Position numbers and translations under genes: made by a program. 64,000 nucleotides of DNA, from assembly GCF_036588685.1 (NCBI RefSeq), contig NC_086378.1, positions 66,340,001 to 66,404,000 on the forward strand, read 5' to 3'. Positions 11,801 through 23,336 of this stretch are shown here, piece after piece. Each line of letters begins with the position of its first letter. The stretch's first letter is position 1. Source of the stretch: Mytilus trossulus (taxonomy: Eukaryota). The notes under the pieces were generated by a model. That model searched no databases. It was not told where the DNA came from and saw only the letters and a list, made by a program, of their open reading frames with translations.

Positions 11801-14465
11801 TCGTCAATATGAAATAAGTTTAAAGATGTATATCCCATATGCAGGTGAAGTTGGTATATTGCTTCTAAGGTTGGAAAATAATTTCAAAACTAAAATCGCG
11901 TGTTTGTAATAGGTTCTGGAATTGAGATGACCGTGTATGTCAAATACGAGGCATAAGACTTAAAATGACATGTTAGATGGAGCAGTTTATGTACCAACAG
12001 AACGTGCATACGATGTATTTATCTCCCAATTGATACAATATTTCGTATCATGATTTCCTTGATAGATTTGATACTTGCAAGGAAGCTTTATCCTAAGAGT
12101 TCCAACTGGTGAAGTTAAAATCATCCCTTCTAAAATTCAGTGGACGCCATCACGAGTTGGTTGACTGTTATTGAATATCCGTTTCACAGATAATATCGGA
12201 TATGTTCTTACAATCACGTTCCTTTTTACCGAATGTGACCTACCGAATCAGACTATTAACCAAGTTTTTTATAACATGAGCAACACGATGGGGGCCGAAT
12301 GTGGAACAGGATCTGATTACCCTTCCGGATAACCTAAGATCAACCCCGGTATTTGGTGGGGTTCGAGTGGCTTGGTCTTTAGTTATCTATTTTGTGACTT
12401 GTCTGTGTGTTTCTTCTTAATTAGCTATGGCGTTTTCAGTTTACTTTCAATCTATACATTTGACTGTCCCTCTGTTGTCGTTTGCTGTTGTTTCTTTAAT
12501 TTTCTAGTTCTTTGGATTATATTAATTAAACTCAATCAGAAAAGTTTGGATTGTAAATGTAAAGATCATCACCAATACATCTGAACGTGAAATCAATTTC
12601 CTGGCTTCTTTAATTTTCTAGTTTTTGTCGGGTGTTTAACCCTTTTAACCCTTTTGCAGCACCTGATATCCTCTTTCTCTCGTTGGGGGTCGTTATTATC
12701 AGTCTAAAAATCTGATGAAATGATTTAGAACTTGTTTGTAGTCGCTTTCAATTTCATACCATGACGTTATATATTTTTTCGTCGACTTACGGATTTTGAT
12801 TATTTATTTGGTACACAAACCATTTTAGGCGGCCATGGTCATTTTAACAAAATAGTCTTTGATGTTTACTAAGACCGCCATGGAAATCTTTGTAATGTAA
12901 TTATTTTAATTTTATTGTAGGTGGAAAGATACATATAAGTAGTGTTACGCAAGAAATCTTGAGCCATAATGGGAATTTTATAACAGAGTTCAGAGGTCTT
13001 ATTGATGTAAAGGTAATAATTTATGTTCCTTTCCCGGATTTTTTTTATTCATCTGATCGGGCGGAGCTTACGTTTATTCTGCAAAAGATCAGTATATTTG
13101 AAGATGTATACTAGTATATGTAATAAGTTCCATTACCTTTATAATTATAATACTGATTTCTAATAAGTGTCATCAAACAGATATAAAAAAGAGCTGAGGG
13201 TACACTATGGGATGCATAGAATAGTTTGAATTTATAACATTTGAATGGGATATAGCCAGTGGCTATAGCAGAGAATTTTAAAGTATAAGATATTGTAGTA
13301 TTCTGTTTAAAACCTTAAGATTGTGAGACTAATTGTAAACGTGATTTATAAAATTTTGCTTGAAAAAAAATACTATCAATAAAATTGAGTATGGGAATGG
13401 AGAATGTGTCAAAGAGACAACAACCCAAAAACTATTTTCCTTCCTTAAAAATTATTTTCACAACTTACTACCCCTTGCACTTCCATAAAAAGGCATTCGG
13501 GATATGAAAAAAATAAAATAAAGTATACCAAAACTATATATAGTAAGGACATATGCACATTTTGCAACTGGTGTTGTGTCGTTATAGCATTACTTTTATA
13601 TCCACAAACTCTAAATAGTTATCAAAGGTACCAGGATTATAATTTAGTACGTCAGACGCGCGTTTTATCTACATAAAACTAATCAGTGAGGCTAATATCA
13701 AAATATTTATTAAGCCAAACAAGTAAAAAATTGAAGAGTATTAGGATCCAAAATTCCAAAAATTGTGCCGAAAACGGCTAAGGTAATATATGCCTGGGAT
13801 GAGAAAATCCTTAGTTCTAAAATGTTATAATTTTAACATGATTTTCAACTCCGTTTTCAAAACCATCAACGTCCGTGTCTCTTTGTCTTTTTTTGCAAAT
13901 ACACATAAACAAACTGTTTGCACATTTCAACTTGATAAATTACCATTACTCTGGACACTTAATCGATAGGTTTATTCCAAAACACCTGCCTAGTCTGGTC
14001 TATGATGAGCGAGCCGGTTAAACTCCATTCAGTCAAGTTAAATAAAGTAAAAATACATGTTTGGCCTTAAAACTATATGACTTGTCCATACCCGTTAACT
14101 TACAATTTAGAAAAGAGCTCAAATGAACACTTTCAAATATCAAATTAAAGAAATATAGGTACATCAAACATGTTGTTTTTGTTATTTGTTACGATACTCT
14201 AGTTCAAAACTGAATCACTCGTCATCCTTTAGAAAAGAAGCACGACTGTTTTTGCTAGAATTCGGTCCCGAAAGACATTTATTGTTGAATGCGCATCTGG
14301 AGCAGATATGTTTGTATCGATGATTTAATTAGCTGTTGGTTACAGCTAGGGAGTAACACAAGACTAAAATGAAATTCCACACTAACAATCTGTGTATCTT
14401 TATAGGGAAAAGGACAAATGGCTACATATTGGTTGGAGAAATTCCAAGTTGGCAAACATGTGTAA
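5864..14465 (+). CDS. NIT-domain receptor guanylyl cyclase (NIT-GC), copy A; exons 5864-7278, 8647-8861, 10271-10369, 12921-13012, 14406-14465; 626 aa
   Basis: All introns are GT..AG with matching phases (1415+215+99+92+60=1881 nt). Domain order: TM1 ([20 protein letters not shown]), NIT-like motifs [12 protein letters not shown] and [11 protein letters not shown]2 ([24 protein letters not shown]), signalling helix [14 protein letters not shown], then a class III cyclase domain: [66 protein letters not shown]. The GC-specific Glu (ETIGD) and Cys (RYCLF) are present. Confidence 0.93.
9085..9306 (+). mobile_element. Retrozyme-like repeat fragment with 3'-truncated hammerhead (9277-9306), intron 2 of NIT-GC A
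   Basis: GCGTCA-CTGATGA-GTCTTATGTCGAC-GAAA, then unrelated sequence. The upstream body matches the ~3700-3870 repeat. Confidence 0.75.
9613..9821. mobile_element. Short MITE (Tc1/mariner-like) with internal TTCGTGG repeats
   Basis: CTGTAGATTCATT ... AATGAATCCACAG|TA inverted ends, with multiple TTCGTGG/CCACGAA motifs. Confidence 0.7.
11255..11945 (-). mobile_element. Second Penelope-like family (P2) 3' fragment (paralog ~28250-28990); shorter UTR-only copies at ~2528, 16585, 20570, 33680, 47900, 51680, 54360
   Basis: The minus strand gives [34 protein letters not shown]. The long UTR is shared among many copies (aactccgagg..cctaatcaaatggcaaaatc..aactgtcatattcctgacttgg). Confidence 0.6.
11980..12495 (+). 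mobile_element. Family P1 fragment in intron 3 (paralog ~29025-29450)
   Basis: [35 protein letters not shown] plus the UTR. Confidence 0.65.
13600..13820 (-). mobile_element. Retrozyme-like repeat with degenerate hammerhead (13649-13692), intron 4 of NIT-GC A
   Basis: The reverse complement reads GCCTCA-CTGATTA-GTTT(TATGT)AGAT-AAAACGCGCGTC-TGACGT, plus the repeat body. Confidence 0.75.
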
Positions 14466-17400
14466 GGCATTCCATACATCATTCACAGCATCAATATGTT
14501 CTCAAATATTAGAGTCGCACGTGAGAGACATTCTGATCAAGCCAAAGCTGTAAACAAAATCAGACAAGTGCCTAGTCATGTATAATGTTTGTTCACTATT
14601 TGTGTTTTATAATTATGTAATTTTGTTTTAGATAATTGCTTATTAAACATTTATATGCATATTTGAAGATCAATGATTTACAATGTACTATGTATTACTG
14701 CAAAATAATCAAAAATAATCAGCTGAACAAATTAAAACACTTTCATTTTATATTAATGCTACTCAAATTACATATTGCATATGGAGAAATGTTGTATTAA
14801 TGATATAGCCTGGCCTGGTCTGTCAAACCGAATTTTTACTAGATTGTGTTAAAACAAACTTTAATCAGTCAGGATTCTACTTCATCAAAATTATCTCCCC
14901 ATTACGCCAGTTCATTTTTACAACTGTAGAAATTGACGTCATTTTAGGGATGACACGCTGCCAATTTAAGCTCTTGAAAAATAAATTAAAATTAAAAGTT
15001 AATGTTCCTGTCTGCTTTCAGTCAACTTTAAACTATTGTTTGATCTGTTGTCAGGTAGAATTTTCGAAAATTCATCTAAAAACAACTAAATATTTCGAAG
15101 AAGGGCAGACTAAAAATGTTCAGTGATTGAATACTGTAGACCCTAATTTTCACACATAATTCTTTTTCGAAGATATGCATTTCAGCATCCAACTTAAAAG
15201 ACTGTCGTCAAGTACTTTAAATAAAAACTAGCTATTCGAACACACCTATCCTGTTTTTGTGATTAATTAGAAAGGTATTTCACTTGACCCATATATTTTA
15301 TCTTTTAGTACTGTGAATTTCTTATGATGTTATAAAGTCAATCTGTAGCCTTGATATATATAAATGATAGAATCTGAAGCGAGATGATGTATAAAATACT
15401 CTTGTGTTACAGTGTAAACCAATGTTTTTGATTTTTTTTAAGTCACATAATGGAAGGGCAGACTCGAATAATTACTATTTGATCGATATGTTCTGCGTCT
15501 GTGGTATTTTTTTTTTTAAATCGGAGGCTAGGCATTTTCTACATTCATCTTCATAGATATCTATGGTGTCGACTTGATATATTGTTCTGCTTAACTTTGT
15601 AATATATATATATTGTAAACTTATGCAAATAATGTTTTTAAAATAAAATGCTTCGTAATTGAGCAGAAAATTTCATTTTATTTCTTTTCATAAACTTTAA
15701 AAAAAATATTACTATAGTAAACATTACAGTAAGCGAAGCATTTATCGCCTTCTCTAACAAATATCTTCGTTTTTTTGTTCTATTTCAACTGGGGTTTCGC
15801 CTGTAATGCATAAAGCTATCTACCTACTTTGGGCTTTTTTTTTAAATCAATAATGTATATCAACTTTCAAACTGAAGTAAAATAAATTATAAGAAGCGGA
15901 ATGGCAGAAATTTAAAGGAACAGTCAGATCTATTGACTTCACCTCTCACATAAAATACAGTAAAATATAATTTGTGTTACCTATAGTAGTCATCATTCCC
16001 GTTTGAAGGGTTGTACAGTTGTCATTTATGGGCCTTTTACAGATTGCTGTTCGGTGTAAGCCAAGTCTCATTGTTGAAGAACGTACTTTGACTTATAATT
16101 GATTACTTCTGACTTGGATTGAGAGTTTTTCTCATCTGCACTTATACCACATCTTCTTATATCTATCATTACATGATTCTTAAATTAAATACAATGACGC
16201 GATGACTAACACAGATTGAATTATAGATATGCATAGAAGAGATATTAATATTTTATCGTGTTTATTACGTCTTTGTTGACACCTTATATCTATCTGAACA
16301 TCTAATTGTCATAGCATATTCTTTACAAAGTTAACACTATTTAAATGAGATAGTCACGAACAACGCAAATCGGTCAATAAAAAGGCTTGAGTGGGAAGAG
16401 TTAATATAGACGTCAAATAATGTATAGTTGTATTAAATGTTTGGTGTGATAATCCATATGATATTGTCAGCTTCAGAAAAAAAGATTGTATATTCGGGTA
16501 CACTTAATACACTTACATTTTCATAGCCTAATTTCGTTCCACTCTGCTTTTTTTAGTATCGGTTTCGACTTAGTAAAAAAAGGATCAAAATCACAAAAAT
16601 ACTGAAATCCGATGAAAAGTATAAAAGGGAAGTTCCTAATCAAATGGCAAAATCCAAAGGTCAAACACATCAAACGAATGGATAACAAATGTACTATTTT
16701 CAACTTGATACAGATATGTTCTTGTGTAGAAAATGGTGAAATAAATCTGATTTTAAAGCTTGATAAACCCCTCACTTGTATGCATATGACAGTCGAATGT
16801 CATTATATTGACAACCACGTGTAAACAAAACAAACAGACATAATAGCAAAAGGATTCAAAATAGGGATACAGCAGTCAACATGATGTTATATTCCTCATC
16901 ATTATAAAACAAACAAACGATGTTAAATACATGTATCAATATTCTGATCACAAGCGTTATAAAAAAGTTGATCAAAAAGTGCATGCAAGGCGAAACCTAT
17001 AGACCATAGCAAATAAGAACAGACTATTTGAAGTGTTTTGTCAATCTTGAGTATTATTCTAATGTTGTTGCATTCATTTGCATAATTTGACTACCTGCAT
17101 ACCAAGGTATTCACTTCAGGGACTATTGAAATGATTCACACATGCGTTGTTCACTGATCTCAGTTTAATCCAGGAAACTGATAAATACTGACAAAAAATG
17201 TAAATCATGCATCCAACGAAAAATTAAATTTACTTATCAATTGCATCAAATTTCATTGAAAGTCAAAATTTACTCTTTGCAAGTCTTCGTCATATACACA
17301 TTCTACAGGTGTGGCGTGTGAAATGATATACCTAGCACTGACAATATTCAACGGAAATACTTCTGCGAACGAAGAAATTACAAAATAAAGTTGACTTTAA

Positions 17401-17559
17401 TTGCCGTCGAAAAGCCTTCTTTTTGTCAACGAAAAACTGTATAACATAAAATTATCCTTTATTCCTACCATAACGGCAAGGATGAAAATGCAGTTAGCTA
17501 AAGATTGAAACAGAAGGATATAATGGTAGTGGTTTACTGGGTGGAATGTCTGAATGATG

Positions 17560-18612
17560 CTATGTAAACGTATAAGAATTACTAGTTAAAGATTAGTTAT
17601 ATATCCAGATGCTAGAAGTCGAATTAGCATAAAAACACAAGTTAGAAATTACACGCAGTTTTTTTGTGTTTCGGCAAATACATTATCCACTTGAATAAAA
17701 AATGTGAATACGTGAGAAGCGTAACAACAAAGTGATCTTGCACCTGAAAGAATACGAATATAACCACAACTTATGAAACGTTTAATACGCTTTACTAAAA
17801 TGGATTAAAAGTGTTAGAGATGAACACTTACTTTACGTATTGCAGGTCGAATTCAAACAAAAAGCAGAGGAATCTACCAAAAAACAAGACCACTAAGAAT
17901 ATGAATGCAGTAATGGTTGGCTTGATTGTTTAAAGAATCAACACATCACATTTAAGTAAATTCTAGAGAAGCTTCATCTGTTGATGGTTACAGTCAAGCT
18001 ATGAACGATTGGGTAACAATAATGAAAAGCATAATGGCAGCAATAACGCCGGACAACATCTTTACACTGTTTATTCCAAGACTTTGCTTTTTTCTAAATT
18101 GTTGCAAGAATAAACTTAATGAGTGTCAATGTGTAGATTGTCACGTGTGGAGCAGGATCTGCTTACCCTTCCTGAGTAGCTATGATCATCTCCAGTTTAT
18201 GTGGGGTTCGTGATGTATAGTCTTTAGTTTTCTATGTTGAATCTTGTGTACTATTGATTTTCTTGTGTCTTTTTCCTTTTTTTAGCCAAGGTGTTGTCAG
18301 TTTATTTTTTTATTTTTTTTTATTAATTGTTCCTCTGGTGTTTTTGTCCCTCTTTTGTATCGGTATTGAAAGGAGAGGCTAACAGTCTCCGGTTCTGTGA
18401 AAGTCCAAATGCTATTTTGTTTTTGTAATTCAGATAACCAAAGGTACTTTTAAAATTGTCAAATCGCTACTTACACAGTATAAGGCAACAAAACAAGCAT
18501 GGATGACATAAAAACCTTTATCAATTGGTTAAACAAGCTTGACAAGAATGTTTAACGGCAGCAACGGAAAGTAGCAATAATGATTGACCACTACCCTGCC
18601 ATCCGCACGTCA
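17560..18612 (+). mobile_element. Tigger/pogo (CENP-B-like) transposase fossil: N-terminal HTH plus part of DDE, interrupted at ~18140-18355
   Basis: Frame-broken translation: QQSDLAPERIRI, LLKWIKSVRDEHL, QKAEE..ECSNGWLDCLK, EASSVD..W..PDNIF, KERLTV, QYKATKQAWMT, FINWLNKLDK..RKVAIMIDH.PA. Confidence 0.8.
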
Positions 18613-21600
18613 AATATTTATAAATTTTCCGTTTAGTGACATTTGTTTCTGTAATTTGCATACATGATAAATTACTCTTCCTCTTATAAAATAATTCATC
18701 AGTGTGCAGTAAAAAAGAGCACAAAAGCATTAAAAAGCATCTTTGAAATTTATATGCGAAAACTACTCCAGCAATCCGACAAAAGTTAACAGTTTTATAT
18801 TAACTGATGTAGTCATCATTTCAGTGTTGACATAAATATTAATTATATGGTCATTTTTTTAAATACATTTCTTATTTGAAAAAGTTTGAATTTTTCGAAA
18901 AAATAAGGATTTTATCACAGGCATAGATTACCTTAGCTGTATTTGTCACAACGTTTTAAAATGTTTGGTTAACAATGCTCTTTAACTTTGTTATTGTTTG
19001 GATTCATAACTATTTTGATTTCACTTAAAGAGATATGTGATTTTTTTTTAGACAAGTGCTCTTGACCATCCACTAGAATTTGTGGTCATCCGATTTAAAG
19101 CACGTCAGATCTTTGATTAATAACTCGTTATTACTATTTACATTCCAGTGCACGTTTTTTCGTATTCTTTTGACACAGCGTTTCCACTCGGACTTGCGGT
19201 TTGCGTTGATCGAATTTCGAACGAGTAACTAATGATAGTATCGGCGAATGACAATAATTCAATATCAGTACATTTATAAAGATTTGGACAGTGTAAACTC
19301 TGTTTTCTACAAACAAATTTGCGTACATACGATTCATAGTAAAACGCCAACACTCAAGTTAATAAAACATATTCAACTTTCTCCTTGATTTTTAAAATGA
19401 TTTAGATTCCAGTTAATAATGGATTATTGAAGGAACAATATAATCACGTCAGAGAATTTGGTTAAGGCGTTATTAATTAATCAACAACGCTTTTTCATAT
19501 TGTTATAAAATCTAGAAAAAGAACACCATTATATGTCATATAGATTTTATAGACATGCTATAATTGTATTTTCTATTAAAATGTAGGTAGCAATTACACT
19601 AGGAGTGTAAATAATATGCTGTACTTTTTATCTATAATTATTATATTCTTGATTGAGTCGACAGAAGTAGACTTCGTAATCAAATGACCAATACAATGAA
19701 AAGTTGTCTTCAGTTTATTTACTGTGCTTTTTGTAAGCAACTTAACACAGAACAAAAATAACGTAGAAGGAAGAAAGATACAACCCAGGAACTAAAGAAA
19801 AATAAATGAAATTGTGGTAAGATTTTAAAAGCTTTATACTTTTACTACTTATATTTTTTTTCTTTCTATAGTTCAGTATCTAACGGTAAAAAAGAATTAA
19901 CACTTACGACAAAAGGAATCGTTCTCTATTGTGAATTTTACTACATTTAGACTGGTGTGTTCCTTTGGTCCCTTCTCATAGAGTGTATATATTTAGTAAT
20001 CATAAATAACTTCTCTATATTTGCTCAAAGATACAAAGATTTGCTGTGAAATTCTTATAAAAATATCCTAATTTGACGGTAATTGTGTTTATTAAGCATG
20101 GAGCATGGTATGACAATTGAACTACCATCTATGTAAACAGTATTGATAATTTGACTAAGCTTATTTCTTCAAGGATATCATTTTAACACGCAATTAAAAC
20201 TTTGAAAAAGGATTTTTATCTGCAGTTTTATTGATTTTGTTTATAACAAATCTTAAAAAATTGCTAAATATATATAATTTGATATTTGAGAACACGTTCG
20301 ATCATACATTCTGTTGATAATAGTTTTGCATTGTACAGGTTAATACATTTCGCAGACTTTTAATTACGCATTTAAACTTAATTCGATTGATGAGTTCTCC
20401 TTTATTTGTACTTTATGTCTTTTATTTGAGTAACTTTCGTTTTGTGTTGCGTAACGAGTTTTTAGAATCTCTGATGAGATCTTTCTTTTTAGACGAAAAT
20501 CATGGTATATGTGATTAAGTTATTTACTGATACCCTATGCAGTTTCTTTAAATCATATTCATATTGAAAAAAAATACCGAACTCCAAGGAAAATTAAGAA
20601 AAAGAAAGTCTTTTTCAAATGGAAACATACAAAGCTCAAACAAATTAAACAGGTGCAAAAACAACTGTCTAAAAGATTTCCTGACGTATTACATTTCCTG
20701 ATATTGATGTTAATGGTGGATTAAACCAGTCGGTTATAATACAGATCGTAATACAGTATTGAAAAGAACACGTTTCATACAGAATAATTGGTAAATGAGC
20801 TAGACATCTAATGAGCTAATATTTTGTATATATTCTGTTATTATCGGCAAAATAATCATAATTGGCCTTGATTAAAATTAATCTTCCACAACCCATCAAT
20901 CCACATTATACCTACAATAATAGGTAATACAAAAACATAAAACATAATATGCTGTCACATTTCTATGTCTGGTGCATATTATTGTTAGTATTTTAATATT
21001 GGTACGAAAAGAGTTTATCAACTGTACACAAGTTAGTGGTACAAATAAATCATCAGTTTGCATTATCCCCTACTTTAGTGGTTTAGAAATTTCAGTGAAT
21101 TTAAATCCATTTTTGTGATTTAGGTGTTCCCTTAGATTATGATCTTTAAATGCAAATTTTATAAATTTTCCGTTTAGTGACATTTGTTTCTGTAATTTAC
21201 ATACATAGATAAATTACTCTTCCTCTTATAAAATAATTCATCAGTGTGCAGTAAAAAAGAGCACAAAAGCATTTAAAAACATCTTTGAAATTCATATGCG
21301 AAAACTACTCCAGCAATCCGACAAAAGGGTAATAGTTTTATGTTACCTGATGTAGTCATCATTTCAGTGTTGACATAAATATTAATTATATGGTCATGTT
21401 TTTAAATACATTTCTTGTTTGAAAAAGTTTGAATTTTTCGAAAAGATAAGGATTTATTTTATCACAGGCATAGATTACCTTAGCTGTATTTGTCACAACG
21501 TTTTAAAATGTTTTGTTAACAATGCTCTTTAACTTTGTACTTGTTTGGCTTCATAACTATTTTGATTATAAGATAAAAGTTTATGTCAATGGCATAACCA

Positions 21601-21911
21601 TGCGTATTTCGATCACCGGATTTTCACGAGAGTTCAATGCATACGGAAAACATATCGACGAATTGTTTACTGGAAGCAAACAATTAGAAAAAGTAAATAC
21701 CTTCAAAATTAGGACAGATTATAGAATTTTCTTGAAAAAAAGTTTATGTACCTATGTTTTATACAAAACTTTGATTTTTTCAAAAAACTAAGGATTGTCT
21801 TATCCCAGGAATAGAATACCTTATCCTTATTTGTCACAACGTTTTGGGATTTTTGGTTCACAAGGCTCTTCAACTTTGTACTTGTTTGGCTTCGTAACTA
21901 TTTTGATCGGC

Positions 21912-21955
21912 GCGTCACTGATGAGTCTTAGGTAGATGAAACGCGCGTATGGCGT
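21912..21955 (+). ncRNA. Type I hammerhead ribozyme motif, intact CUGAUGA/GAAA core, in a retrozyme-like repeat (~21340-22000)
   Basis: GCGTCA-CTGATGA-GTCT(TAGGT)AGAT-GAA-ACGCGCGT-A-TGGCGT. Cleavage triplet GUA; the stem II closing pair is G-U. Confidence 0.82.
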
Positions 21956-23336
21956 ATCAAATAATAAACCTGATAACGGTTTCTTCTTTACCTTCAAAAC
22001 TATCATCTTCAAATATTTGCTCTGATTTACAAAGTATTTCAGTCTAAATTTCATATTTCAAATTAACTGTAAAGATGTTTCCTTTAAGACCGACAGGTTC
22101 ATTAAGTAACACACCTTATCTTGTGTACTTTTATTTGACTGTTTGTCTTTTCATTTCTCAGCCATGGCGTTGTCAGTTTATTTTAGATCTATGAGTTTTA
22201 TTGCCTCTTTTGTATCTTTCGGCCCTCTTTTATCTGCATGCATACAGTTATTCTTTTGTCAATACAATTAAAGTCTTTCAATCAATTAAAACATCAAGTT
22301 GGTGTTAAAAAATATGAAGCAAATATTATAATTACTTACTTAAAAGTGTTACAATCTTCACTTCTAAAATCAGTGCTTCAGTGAATTTACGAAGTCAGTG
22401 CCTTAATTTTCATATTTTTTAAATTTTTAGTCTACAATCACTGCTTTCACTGCTTCAGTGATTTTACAAAGTCAGTGCCTTAATTTTCATATTTTTTTAA
22501 AAATTTTTGTATCTATTTTTAAATACAGAAATCACTTGAAAGGGTAATCCTGACATCACTTGGATACAGAGCTTGCCTTTCCTGTCATGATTTTCTTAAT
22601 AGAAGATAGCTGCTCACAAGGAAACTATTAAACAAAGAGTTTCAAATGGTGACGTTGAACTCATCCCTTGCCATCATGAGTTGGTTGACCATAATGATAA
22701 TGACCATTTCACAGATAATATCGGATATGTTCCTTATGTCGTAACTACAATTATATACCCTTCCCCTTTTACGAATGTGACCTACCGAATTATACTATTT
22801 AGCGGAATTGTAATAACAAAAGCAACACGACGGGTGCCACATGGGGAATAGAATCTGCCTACCCTTCCACAGCATCTGATATCACCCCCAGTGTTTGGTT
22901 GGGTTCGTTTTGCTTAGTCTTTAGTTTGCTATGTTGTGTTTTTTTTGTACTATTATTTGTCTGGTTTTTTTAAAATTTTAAGCAATGGCGTTGTCAGTTT
23001 ATTTATAATCTATGAGTTTGATGTCCCTCTGGTACCCTATGTCACTCTCTTGGATAAAAAAGTACTCCTGACTGTTTTACCAAAAAAGATGGAGAAATGT
23101 AAAACTTTTAAGTGTTATGACTATCTTTCATACGACAACTAGTACAGTCCGCGAAAGATGAGGAAAACTTCGACAATTGGAATCGTTAGCATGGTTCACA
23201 CATGTATCTATAATATAAATTTACTCAAGGTTCCTCTCGATTGTGTTTTGCTGAAGGACTCACTCTTCTAGCAACTTCATATTCTGTTCTTTATTTACAG
23301 AAAATACAGAAATCGAAGTCAGCACATATTTGAGAT

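Larger units (their letters stand above)
406..18612 (+). repeat. Tandem segmental duplication unit A (contains NIT-GC copy A)
   Basis: Sequence from 406 (tttcacttaaagagatatg) recurs from 19019 and stays collinear through the whole gene and its 3' flank. Confidence 0.9.

Noticed and set aside
17800-18110. Hydrophobic minus-strand peptide (MLSGVIAAIMLFIIVTQSFIA) resembling a signal peptide or membrane protein
   Set aside because: It is the antisense of the Tigger transposase fossil on the plus strand and is interrupted by stops.
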